NCBI RefSeq assembly: GCF_002571385.2
Contig: NW_019217946.1
Span: 495,133-559,132, forward strand
Direction: 5' to 3'
DNA length: 64,000 nt
DNA from: Stylophora pistillata
Taxonomy: Eukaryota
Program-made: the position numbers and the translations under genes
In this document: in pieces, positions 51,596 to 63,800 of the stretch
How positions within the stretch are numbered: position 1 is the stretch's first letter
Layout of the letters: every line of letters starts with the position of its first letter
The notes under the pieces: generated by a model
The model's input: the letters and a program-made list of their open reading frames with translations, nothing else
Databases searched by the model: none
What the model was told of the DNA's origin: nothing

Positions 51596-52868
51596 GGTGC
51601 ATAAAGCATGCTTATCTGTTTCATGTAAACAATATTCAATGCTTAATAGCCATTTTATAAATCTCTTGCTCCTCACCTATAAAAAAAAAATTGAATTCTC
51701 TCACGTATTCAGAACATTCTCGTTCCTAGAGCCCATCAATTTTCTCGGCAGGCAGTGAGCAAAATCAACAATCGATAAAGAAAGTGACGTCAAAGACATG
51801 ATATGAGTATGAGCTATAATTGTTTGTAGAGCGGCAGCTAACTTCAATCTATATGTAGTAATTCGCAAAGATCGCACTTCGAAAGATTTTTCGCCCGTGT
51901 CTCGCTCGATTTTATTATCAAACTTTAACAAGACGTTTTTGTTTTAAAAATCAAATTTATGTTGGTTATTGAGATGTTTTGATATAAGATGTAATCGAAA
52001 TCAGGCGAGAACACGAACAACATTTTTTAAAGTCAAATTCATACGCACACATACTTACATGCACTTTATTTCAGTTATATATAGTTAATATGGCTAATTA
52101 GAGAAAGTTGTGATGGAATTTTAAAAAAATATAATTGATAATCAAGAAAGACAAGAAATAACAATCCCCATTTTAGTATACAAGAGTTAATTCTATATTG
52201 ATGTATCGTGAATCCTCACACACTCCCATAATCTAAAGAATATATTGAAAGCTGATCAGCTAAATAGTTTGTCGTGTGCTTACAAATTTTTGTTCATGTT
52301 CAACTTGGCGATTACAATTATGCCGAAAAGGCTAATTCACCCGGCTGTACAACAAGGCGAAAAAGGAATTGCTTCTGTCAGTTATTGAGAGTCTTATTTT
52401 TTTAACATTATATTTCTCAAATAAATATAGGGTCTACTGAATCTTCTCGTAATCGAGTGTTAATAAAATGGGTGGTAAATAAAATTAAAGTTGTTCTTGT
52501 GCCCCTTTCAATATCTTTCGCAACAGGGCCTCCTCAAAAAGTGGTTATTCAAATCAATTTCAGTTTTTATTTTTTTTATTGTAAAAATTACCAGTCTATG
52601 AGTTCTTTTGTGTTATCTCTTCCTTCCGATTCCTTGGTTTAGTGTTCTTTATCGCTGGAGGGTTTTGAGATTGAGAGAAGGATTCAAGGTTTTTTGTCTC
52701 CGGATCGCAGCCTCAACAAGGGGTTCTTGAACCACGAGGAAAAGAAAGTAAAGAAAAATACAGTTTTGTTAATTTTGTTAGCATTCTTGCTGTTTTCTGA
52801 TGGGGATATATTTATCGTACTGCAACCAAGAAAATATGAGGAACATAACTATATGGATTACCACAAGG

Positions 52869-54401
52869 CACTCTGATGAAACCGCCCTATAATTTGAAAA
52901 CTCGAAAAATTCAGTTATATCATTATAATATGAATTTTTAGCGATTAATAAAGCCTTTTCAATAACAATTTCAGTTGAAAGCCAATTCTGAGGCGAGAAA
53001 TTACGATTTGAAAACCGTTCCGCCTTTAATTTTCGTAATCACGGCCAACTTATCTTCGGTCAGCGGTCACTCCCATTCTGGCGTAGATTACTCGACACAC
53101 TTTTATATTTATACGAAAACCTTGTGAAATTTAGTGAAATAGTCTTAGTCTTAGTGTTATAAAAAGAAATATATACGATCAAAATAGCCACGAGCACGGC
53201 GTGTCAAATGAGTAATCTACGTCACGGTCCCTCCCATTATGACGTGGATTAATAATAATAATAATAATNNNNNNNNNNNNNNNNNNNNNNNNNNNNNNNN
53301 NNNNNNNNNNNNNNNNNNNNNNNNNNNNNNNNNNNNNNNNNNNNNNNNNNNNNNNNNNNNNNNNNNNNNNNNNNNNNNNNNNNNNNNNNNNNNNNNNNNN
53401 NNNNNNNNNNNNNNNNNNNNNNNNNNNNNNNNNNNNNNNNNNNNNNNNNNNNNNNNNNNNNNNNNNNNNNNNNNNNNNNNNNNNNNNNNNNNNNNNNNNN
53501 NNNNNNNNNNNNNNNNNNNNNNNNNNNNNNNNNNNNNNNNNNNNNNNNNNNNNNNNNNNNNNNNNNNNNNNNNNNNNNNNNNNNNNNNNNNNNNNNNNNN
53601 NNNNNNNNNNNNNNNNNNNNNNNNNNNNNNNNNNNNNNNNNNNNNNNNNNNNNNNNNNNNNNNNNNNNNNNNNNNNNNNNNNNNNNNNNNNNNNNNNNNN
53701 NNNNNNNNNNNNNNNNNNNNNNNNNNNNNNNNNNNNNNNNNNNNNNNNNNNNNNNNNNNNNNNNNNNNNNNNNNNNNNNNNNNNNNNNNNNNNNNNNNNN
53801 NNNNNNNNNNNNNNNNNNNNNNNNNNNNNNNNNNNNNNNNNNNNNNNNNNNNNNNNNNNNNNNNNNNNNNNNNNNNNNNNNNNNNNNNNNNNNNNNNNNN
53901 NNNNNNNNNNNNNNNNNNNNNNNNNNNNNNNNNNNNNNNNNNNNNNNNNNNNNNNNNNNNNNNNNNNNNNNNNNNNNNNNNNNNNNNNNNNNNNNNNNNN
54001 NNNNNNNNNNNNNNNNNNNNNNNNNNNNNNNNNNNNNNNNNNNNNNNNNNNNNNNNNNNNNNNNNNNNNNTATACGGAAACCTCGGAAGTTTAGTGAAAT
54101 AGTCATAGTCTTAGTGTTATAAAAAGCAATATATACGATCAAAATACTGTTTTTGAAAATTAGCCACGAGCACGGCACTTCAAATGAGTAATCTCCAAAC
54201 TCACGCCAGTCTTCTTGAGTCTGGCAAGTGATTACGAAAATTAATGGCGGAGCGATTTTCAAATCGTAATTTCTCGCACTAGAAAAGGCTTTCAACTAAA
54301 GTTATTATTGAAAAGGCTTTATTAATGGCTAAAAATTCATATTATAATGAAATAACTGCATTTTTCGGGTTTTCAAATTATAGGGCGGTTTCATCAGAGT
54401 G
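52869..54401. mobile_element. Long-TIR (~170 bp) MITE/foldback spanning an assembly gap
   Basis: cactctgatgaaaccgccctataatttgaaaa... / ...ttttcaaattatagggcggtttcatcagagtg. Absent at the homologous site in the B2 unit (~45314). Confidence 0.75.
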
Positions 54402-54489
54402 TTCCTTTAAGAATAGTATTATCCTAACACAAAAGCTAAGCTTTATATGAATTCCGTACGTACGGTTGCCTACCAGAGTTGAATGTTTA

Positions 54490-56474
54490 GCATTTCATTT
54501 TGATGTCTTCGATCAAATCAATTCAATAATCGTGTTCATGATAAAAGCAATTTTCTTCCCGTTATGGCCAAGTTTACGGTGTTGGGTCTTAGAAAACTTC
54601 TCTTCGAGTTTCTGTTCCTGGGAAGACAGTCAAAGACCTTCAATTTGTTTTTCTAACGTTCTTAGCTTGATGGTAGTATTTTAATAACGACTACATCATA
54701 CCTTTGCTCCAGTCTCTTTTGGAGGGTCACATTCTGAATAACGTCTGGGACTCTGCAAAACAAAAATATAATTAAATCTCAACGTAAACATTCAGCTTCT
54801 GTCCTGAAAACAGGCGACAGAAGCAATATGACAACTTTGACAAGATTCGAACAAAGATATATTGAGCGCATTATCATGGCTCATATTTGCTATGATGGCG
54901 GCTTACGCAGTTACGTAACATCTGCAGTTTGACTCAGTCCAGTGATCTGTGTTTTGATAATCTCAGTTACCTCTCCATAATTCCCTTACCTTTCCTCCAT
55001 ATTCTGGAAGAGATTTTGAGATTCCTTCTGGCAAAGATTTCTGGTGAGAGAGCTTTAGAAAGAAAAGAATACAAAACACCAGAAAGGGGAGAAGATTTAT
55101 CAGGATCATCAATGATAAGATACTGCGGGCTAGTTTGAATCTGATGAAACAAACCTGAAGCAGAATGCGATAAAGAACTTAATAAGCAACAATTATGAGC
55201 CACTAAGGCCCTTGCCGGTTGGTTGTACAAAGTTCCATCTCTTGCCAAGTCCATTGGACTTCCAAACCTGAGTCTCTCTTCACTCTAAGTCAGTGCTTTT
55301 CGTGCGCGTTGATTGGCTTGTTCGTAAGTGACTAGCAATTAAGTTCTATTCAACGACATCTCGGCGAATAATTGTTAATTTATCACAAACATGTGACTTG
55401 GAGTATCGATCACGTTTATCTGTTTTATGTAAACAATGAAAATTGCATATTAGCTTCTTCGACCCTTTTCCTTAGAGAACAAAAATTAAATAGATTGTTT
55501 TAAAACATGTTCTTGTTAACCATTTCATTTTGATGTCTTAGATGAATAATCAATTCAATAATCGTGTTCATGATAAAAGCAGTTTTCATAAGGTCGTATT
55601 AGCAGCAAGTATGATAAATATTGTAAGAAATAGACAACTTTTTTGAGGGACATGTTTCGGCATGCTTATGCCATTATTGATTGAAGATGGCATAAGCATG
55701 CCGACGGAAACATATCTCTCAAAAAAGTTGTCTATTTCTTACAAAAGCAATTTTCTTCCCACGTATGGCCAAGTTTACGCTGTTGGGCCTTAGAAAAGTT
55801 CTGTTTGAGTTTCTCTTTCTAGGAAGACAGCCAAAAATCTTTAATTTTTTTTCTAACGTTCTTAGCTTGATGGTGGTATTTTAATAACGACTACATCATA
55901 CCTTTGCTCCAGTCTCTTTTGGAAGGTCACATTCTGAATAACGTCTAGATATGGGACTCTACAAAACAAAAATATAGTTAAATCTCAACACAGACATTTA
56001 GTTTCTGTCCTGACAACAGGCGACAGGAGCAATATGACAACTTTGACCAGATTCGAACAAAGATATATTGAATGCATTATAATGGCTCATATTTTCCGTG
56101 ATGGTGGCATACCCAGATACGTAACATCTACAGTTTGACACAGTCCTGTGATCTGTGTTTTGATAATCTCAGTTACCTCTCCATAATTCCCTTACCTTTC
56201 TTCCATATCCTGGAAGATATTTTGACATGCGTTCTTGCAAAGATTTCTGCCGAGAGGGCTTTAGAAAGAAAAGAACACAAAGTGTGACAATAACATAACA
56301 CCAGAAAGGGGAGAAGATTTATCAAGATCATCGATGATAAGATTCTGCCTACCACTTTGAATTTGATGATACAAACCTGAAGCAGAATGCGACTAGGAAC
56401 TTAATAAGCAATAAGTATGAGCCACTAAGGCCCTTGCCGGTTGGTTGTACGAAGTTTCATCTCTTACCAAGTCC
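54490..56474. repeat. ~0.8-0.95-kb tandem duplication containing the B3 small 3' exon
   Basis: 54490-55253 aligns with 55521-56474. Confidence 0.85.
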
Positions 56475-57890
56475 AAACCTGGGTCTATCTCCCCGCTCTA
56501 AACCAACTGTTTCCTGATTTTCCGCCACTGAGTTTTTCAAAATTGAGTTACAAATTGTACTTAGTATTAAGTGATTAACGCGACAAAATGTTAGTCCATT
56601 GAAATTACCGGCCTCTCTTTATTACCCAGCCCTCTCTCCATTTTCCATTCAGCATTCAGCAGTCCTGACAGAAGCTTTTCAACTTCCTTGAATTGCACCT
56701 CATGTTGCGTTTTCCATTTTTGTAATTCTTCAGTTCGATCCGCGTGCTTCTCGTCTGAGAGTTGGTTATGAGTACAAGTCGATTCAATTTTCGAGAAAAG
56801 TGCTTTTTCTTCTTGCCGGAGTTCCTTAGCATAGTCCAAAAGCTGTTGAATACAATTTACGTCATCTTCATTTTGTTGCGCAACTTCGGCAGTCATTTTG
56901 ATAAGAGCTTCAAACATCTTCTGAAAAAAGTTGCGATGTTCTTCACATGTTTGTAGCAATTCTTCCACGCTTTCATCGTTTGGTGGACCCACCTCCTCAT
57001 TAAATGAACTGCTTGTCGGCTCTATGTTTTCCTTGGAGGCATCTTGAGTCCTATTTGCTGTACCAACATTTCCACAAGCCGCCAGTAGCCCTTTCTTCAT
57101 TTGAAACCTCAGGTCCTGAAGTTCTGATGATATATATCGCTTTAGGCTTTCCTGTCTCGCCACAACAGTTTCTAAGAATCTTTTGCCTATATTTGTCTGT
57201 CAAATAAAATAAAATTGGGTGAACACTTAATAAAAAAGATAGCATCATTTTCGAGGACGTACACCGAAACACAGGGTGAATTTTCTTCCAAACATCCTAA
57301 TTGGATGGATTAAAGGGATAAGTGAAAAAATTACCTCTTCCAGATTCAAAAGTTTGTCACTGCTGTTGAATGGTTTTACCGTGTATTTATTTCCCTGCGC
57401 ATCTACGCACACCATATGCTAAAGAAATGACAAAAAGTTGAGTGTTAACAAACCTGGACTAATTTGATAAAAATGTTCGTTAAACAAAGATAAGTTTCAT
57501 ATTTGATTAGTAAAGAGTAAGCGATAGTGGAGAATGGTGAAAATCCAAGAGAATGGATGAAATTCGTATTCTGCAAATCCGTGTGAGAGACATCTCTGTT
57601 CTATACTCGGTCTAGGTTTCATCCCGTTCAGTTCACGAGTCGTAATCACTTGAAAAGTGAAAGTTATTAGCTTTGGAGGGGTCACGGGCAGACATACTAA
57701 TCATCAGTTTTGGAGGAAACGGATTATAACTACGTTGTATCAAAGAATGCATGTGGCTATTGTAAAAATTGTATCTTTCAGTAGTTATGGTAGAACACGT
57801 GTTGTTAACTACTAACCTTATCAAGCCCTGCACCCAACTCATGTATAACTGTCAAACTGATAACATGGCCCTTGGGTACATCATCCACTC
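54702..57890 (-). CDS. Gene B3 (partial, 3' part): linker and helical-bundle exons; death-domain exon not in the window
   Basis: Exons: 57890-57817 (GVDDVPKGHVISLTVIHELGAGLDK), 57418-57335 (HMVCVDAQGNKYTVKPF...), 57196-56609 (open, highly similar to B2), and a duplicated small exon at 55958-55902 and 54752-54702. Upstream sequence runs into transposons from ~58.4 kb. Confidence 0.7.
55621..55744. mobile_element. Inverted (palindromic) Penelope-type terminus with degenerate hammerhead motifs
   Basis: Near-perfect palindrome containing ttgaagatggcataagcatgccgacgGAAAcatatc. It lies in an insertion flanked by an aaaagca(g/a)ttttc duplication and present in only one of the two tandem copies. Confidence 0.65.
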
Positions 57891-59282
57891 CTGGTAATAT
57901 ATGTTATAAAAGGAAAGCATTTAATAGTTATGCGTCGATGAATTTGAAGTTTCCATAGCCCCCTAGGCAACTCCCGGGCAATCCCCGGGCAGTCTCCGCC
58001 ATCATTAGAATTTTTGAAGATTTGTTTGTTCAAAGTCTCTCCCCTGAGACCAAATTGTGTTCGAATTCCCCCCCCCCCCTCCCAGTTAGTTATGTTCAAA
58101 TGCCCTACTCAAGTTTTGGATTTGATGGTCAAGTTTTTGCAAAAGGCAAAATCTGCGATTGTGACTTCCCGCTCATTGACCAAGCCTTGAAATCTAGACT
58201 TTAAAGAGCCATTCGCACGCTAAAGTGAACTCCTGACCTTTAAATACCTCCATATCAAAAGATAAAACATTTGTATTCCACTAGGAAGACTCGAAACTTC
58301 GAATTCCGGTGCAAATTTCAGTTTGTCAGCCAAGCAAAGTTCCGATTCCCCAGGCCACCCCTTGTGCACGGACGATAATAGCCACCTTAAGCACCAATCG
58401 TTCGTGATTCACGGAGGCGAACCGGAAGTGAGATTTCGAATATTTTGCCTACTGCGCATATCAAGAGGTCGTCGCGATTTGTCACGGCGGCCACCAAGGC
58501 GCTTGTGGCCTCCGTGCTGATTTTCCACGACCACGAATGGATTCGCACGAGGAAGGGAAAAAGAAGTCTTCGAAAGTACAATTTCATTTGTTTTTGTGTT
58601 CCGAGAGTTGTCTTGTCACACTTAAATTCGACGCGACCTGTTTACTTGAATACTTGCCTTTCTAGCTTTCTGCACACTCGTCTTTCATTTACAAAATCTT
58701 ATTCAATGAAAATTGAACTGACACTAATTTCAGTTTTTTGTCAAAAAACTCATTCATATAAACTTTTAGGAGTTTCTTTACCGACAGTTTCCTTCAGTTG
58801 GCAACCCCACATGCGACTTGTTTACTTTGTTAGGTGCAAGGTTAACGATTTAGAAACCCAAGTATTCTTCGTTTTCACGTTAAGTCACGGCTAATTATCC
58901 AATGGCCTGTGAACCGNNNNNNNNNNNNNNNNNNNNNNNNNNNNNNNNNNNNNNNNNNNNNNNNNNNNNNNNNNNNNNNNNNNNNNNNNNNNNNNNNNNN
59001 NNNNNNNNNNNNNNNNNNNNNNNNNNNNNNNNNNNNNNNNNNNNNNNNNNNNNNNNNNNNNNNNNNNNNNNNNNNNNNNNNNNNNNNNNNNNNNNNNNNN
59101 NNNNNNNNNNNNNNNNNNNNNNNNNNNNNNNNNNNNNNNNNNNNNNNNNNNNNNNNNNNNNNNNNNNNNNNNNNNNNNNNNNNNNNNNNNNNNNNNNNNN
59201 NNNNNNNNNNNNNNNNNNNNNNNNNNNNNNNNNNNNNNNNNNNNNNNNNNNNNNNNNNNNNNNNNNNNNNNNNNNNNNNNNN

Positions 59283-61466
59283 TGAAAACTCTCGCGTTTG
59301 TAGCAATCATTTTATTTCTGGTAAGTAGATGATGTGAAATACTTTGGTAAGATTTTTAATCTCTTCTCGGGAATCAGTCCTCACTTCCACAAGGAATAAA
59401 ATTGTTGACCGAACCAAATGATAGCAAATCACCTCGCGCACATGTTCGCACGTATGGTCTGTCATCTTTGAAGTTGCGTGAATTATCAAGAGATAACCAA
59501 GTTATTTCTTACGAATTGTCCGACAAAATGACCTAAATTAATGATTTTTATCATTACATAGAAATTTTGTCAAAGAAATAGGACATTAATGAATGTTTAC
59601 TTGTAGGAGAACGTGCTGAGCTCCTGGACACCACCAACCATTACTGGGCACCTACCATAAATCTTGGTCACGACAAAATTAAAAATTTTTCCCTGGCAGT
59701 TGATCAAAATGCTCGTGCTCAAAAGAGGAATGAAATCAAACGGAAATATGATGAGTTAACTTCCTCTAGTACTACCCAAGACAGCACTGTGGAGGAGGTT
59801 ATACAAAGTTGCGAGTTTGTCGAGACTGAAACACCTTGTAAGTGTACTTTGTCATGACCCAAATGCGGTCCTAAAATCGCACACTTGCTTACTTGTTTCA
59901 AGTTTCTTCAAGGGGTGTTGTGTGTTAACTAAAAATAATGTTGGCACTTGCATCTTGTCTTCTAGTTGTCACTGTGCCAGAATGCAAATTTATATGGAAT
60001 AATATTATCCCTTTCATTTCAATTAATTCAAATTGTAGACAGTATTGTATTTTGTAAGACAGATATGTTGGTAAATCCCAACAGCAACCCTGTTTTTGGC
60101 CTTTCATTCATGCCACCTACAAGCCTATGTTGGAATATTTATACAGCCATTACTAGATAAAATTATACAGTTGACATAGGATGCATTTATATTTTTCATT
60201 GCAGCACGCACAAGCAATTTCACTTCAGGGTTATGTCCCATTGAGGATGGCACTTCAGGGTCATGTCCCATTGATTATGGCACTTCAGGTTCATGTCCAA
60301 TTGATGATGCCATTAACCTTGCTGACAGCAGTGATTGTAATGATAATGATAAACATGACCAATTTTGCCAGACTGAAAAAAAGGTTTTGTCAGAGGGATG
60401 CTACCAGACTGACCTTGATATGGCCCAACTGGAGAGACAGCAGATCTACTTGCAACACATCACTGATGAGCTAAGCAGTACAAAGGGGCAACTACTTTCT
60501 CTTCAGTTAACAATGGAAAGCTTTACAAATAATGATGAAAAAACCAAGTTTTATACATTTTCCCTTTCAATGCATGTTTTTAATATTATTGCTCCTTGCA
60601 TAAAAATAACCACCCAAAATGCACTAGGCCAGTTTCAAGAGTTTCTCTTAGTTTTAATTAGACTTAAACTCAATTCTCCATTGCAGGATTTAGCTTTTCG
60701 TTCCAATATATCTGTGCCAACCACATCAAGAATTTTTGACAGGTGGACACATGTAATGTCTATCACACTAAAGTTTTTAATCCAGTGGCCAAATCATGAT
60801 GAACTGCAAGCCACCATGCCTGCAGTTTTCCAACACAATTTTGGCAAGAGAGTTGCAGTCATCATTGACTGCTTTGAGATCTTTATGAAGAGACCATCTA
60901 GCCTAAATGCTAGGGCAATGACCTGGTCTAATTATAAACATCACAATACTATAAAGTTTCTTATTGGTGTAACACCACAAGGTGTTATCTCATTCATTTC
61001 AAAGGCATGGGGAGGGAGAGTGAGTGACAAATATCTCACAGAAAAGTCTGGTTTGTTGAGAAAGCTTTTACCTTGGGACATAGTGCTTGCTGACAGGGGC
61101 TTTGATATTGCTGACTCTGTTGGTCTTTATCAAGCTCACCTTCATATACCAGCATTTACTAGAGGTAAGAAACAGTTGTCTGCAGAGGAAGTGGAGCAAA
61201 CCAGAAAAATTGCTAATGTCCGAATCCACGTGGAAAGGGTGATTGGTCTTGTCCACAGAAAGTACACTATATTGCAAGAAATACTCCCTATTCAGCTGGT
61301 GACAGTTCGGCAAGGTGATGACTTGGCTCCAATAGACAAAATTGCGGCAACTTGCTGTGCGCTTACTAATATATCAGAGTGTCTTTTGCTGCCCAGTTAT
61401 CCACGAGGTCTGGAGTACCAGATAATTCACAATGTCGGGATATTCCACGCTAGGATAATCCACTAA
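59283..61466 (+). CDS. THAP + HTH + DDE_Tnp_4-type transposase
   Basis: Exons <59283-59320 (ENSRVCSNHFIS), 59607-59837 (YWAPTINLGH) and 60205-61466. Catalytic motifs IIDCFE, VLADRGF and RIHVERVIG are intact. The 3' end is fused to a duplicated piece of the second ORF. Confidence 0.85.
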
Positions 61467-61565
61467 ATCCTCGCTACACTCCGATTTTTTTAACGTGTAT
61501 GGATCAAATCCACAGGTAAGAACTTTTACTTTATACCAGCAATTCCAAATTTTTGCACATCAATT

Positions 61566-61874
61566 TCATGGTGCACATGAAGGGCAAATCCATTCTCCAT
61601 CAGGCTCTGTTCTAAGTCCCACACATGACTTGTACACTTTCATTTGCTGCCTGGTTATCCACGAGGTCTGGTGTACCAGATAATTCACAATGTCGGGATA
61701 TTCCACGCTAGGATAATCCACTAAATCCTCGCTACTCTCCGACTTTTTTAACGTGTATGGATCAAATCCACAGAAAAGAATTTCTACTCGATACCTGGCC
61801 TTAGCAGAACCGGTAAGACTGCCATAATTCTCCGAAAAAGGAACACTTTCGCTCAACGTGTCTGCCGAAGCCAT
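61566..61874 (-). pseudogene. Internally deleted second ORF of the ISL2EU-type element (N-terminus fused to a PHD-finger end)
   Basis: AKARY..GFDPY..PSVEYPDIVNYLV..QMKVYKS joins directly to CVGLRTEPDGEWICPSC. The expected SWIM/YqaJ middle is missing. Confidence 0.7.
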
Positions 61875-62559
61875 ATTTACTTTAACAGATGTTCACCAGC
61901 ATGGCAGTCGCGACTTGCGTTACAAAATTTGGTCACATGGCTGAAAACAAAGAATAGGTGGATAACTGAACAGTTTACAATATTTTGCTCATTAGCATAG
62001 GGTTGAAGTAGAAAATAATTGAAAACTGAGTCCAACACCTACAAGAGCTTGTTGATATGCTGCAAGCATTCTATGAGGCTAGTAGCTAGATGCATCCTAT
62101 ACATGTAGTACTCAAGAAGTCTGATTTTCACTATGTCTGGGTGGTAAAAGCACTAAAAGAGCCCAGCATAACCCTCCCATGCATTCTCTGTAAGAATTGG
62201 AATTCTTTTAAAAAATCTCATCACGCAGAACCTACCGTATTTCATCTGCCAGGCTCACACTTTGACGAAAGACTTATTTTACCATGTTCTTTCAACATTC
62301 AGTGCTGATTTGATGTTATTCAGGATAGAACCCTATGTTATTGAAGCAAAATGCATTTTGTGATGTTGAACAAATTGGACTTGAATCACTATTTACCAGT
62401 ACATTTAATTTTCAATCACCCTAGCTGCTTCTTCTATTATCAAGAGAAAACCACCCATGGAATGCACTCCAGAACACGATATTGCACTCTGCCGAGAGCT
62501 GCTACTTGTCAACCCATTCAAAGAAAAATATAAGGCAACTAAGCATGCAAAGCTGTGGG

Positions 62560-63800
62560 ATGAAGCACCAATCAGTGACACCATCTTTTAAAAAGAGCCT
62601 CGAGAAACAAGCAGTGCAGGAACGATATAGACACCTTGTAGATAAGTTAAAGAAAAAGATGGCCAGTAAAAGAAGAAAAGAAAGTGGAATAAGCCCAACA
62701 ATGTCAGAGCTGGATACATTAGTGGAAGAGCTTGTTGAAGGAGAGCAGTCTGAAAAGGACCAACAGGATAATGAAGGTGAATTTTCCAGTATCTATAACC
62801 AGTGAGATATTAGGATTCCAGCCCTTTCCCAATCTTTCAAATTCTCCTTACCAAAAATTTTGTTTTTAGACAAACTTTATGAATTTCTGTTCCCAGAGGA
62901 AAATGATGCAACAAAGCTCCCCGTTATTTGAGGTATCCCCATGATCAGCCTGTGGTTAACCCCACTGAGGTTGATGACAAGTGCACAACAGGATGAGAAA
63001 AATAATTTTTACTTTATGAACCTATGAAGCCTCCAAATGCTAAACATGTCAAAGGTCCCTGTTTTGTGAACAGCAAAATATTAAATTGTTTGGCTTTGTT
63101 TATGCCTTGTGATTGGCTTTTCCAGTGATTATAATTCCTGCATGGATTGAAAAAATCTGGTACAATTTTGCTGGGTTGCCCCAGTAAGCACTCGCTCCTT
63201 CCAAAGCTATTGCATTGTGGGGTATTGGTAATTCATGTTTCCTTGCAAAACTTGGCAATTGCCCATCCAAAAGTTGTTGCTTCCTTATAAAGTCTATGAA
63301 TCTTTGATTCCTAGGGATTGTGGAGAAGGCTTTATAAGGCAACACTGTAAAACATCAAATATCCTTAATCTTTGTTACTGTGTATGCAGAACCAATTTTG
63401 AGCTGTTTTGAATTTGGAATATTTCTAGACAAGTCCATGAGATACAAAAGGAGAGAGGAGGGAGAGGAAATGAGATTAAAGGTACTAGAGCAACTGGGAG
63501 AAACAGGCAAGAAAAAGAAAGACAAGGAAGATGGAAAGGGGCAGAAAAAGTCAAGGAGAGAAGTGGAGGTGATACAATTCAAGATCTAAGAGAAAAAGTG
63601 AGCAAGAAATGAAGTTAAGAGAAAAAGATCAAGAGCTGGAAAAGAGTAAGCAAAAGGAGGAGAAAATAAAGAATGATGCATTTTTAAATGCCATGCTTCA
63701 GCAGCAGCAACAACAATAACAACAACAACAGCAACTTATGGTTCTGCTGGCCCAGCAGAATCAACTTATGATGAAAATGTTTGAGAAAAATGGAAAGTAA
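62560..63800 (+). pseudogene. Decayed Harbinger/PIF accessory (Myb/SANT-like) gene
   Basis: AVQERYRHLVDKLKKK..ESGISPTMSELDTLVEEL.. then, after an intron, EEMRLKVLEQLGET..poly-Q..QQNQLMM, with frameshifts and a stop. Family call from recalled similarity. Confidence 0.55.

Larger units (their letters stand above)
59283..61957. mobile_element. ISL2EU-type (PIF/Harbinger-related) DNA transposon, internally deleted
   Basis: Convergent THAP-DDE transposase (+) and remnant second ORF (-). Right terminus ggtcacatggctgaaaacaaagaatag; the left end probably lies in the N-gap. Confidence 0.75.

Noticed and set aside
52873-52885. Hammerhead core at ctgatgaaacc
   Set aside because: No stem II between CUGAUGA and GAAA; it is simply the MITE terminus.
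53120-54195. Direct repeat on both sides of the 802-N gap read as LTRs
   Set aside because: It is internal sequence of the long-TIR element, with no TG..CA ends or PBS; more likely two copies or an assembly overlap.
53239-54295. Long ORFs of 287-348 aa (also 4205-4582 and 58875-59328)
   Set aside because: Artefacts of translating N-gaps.
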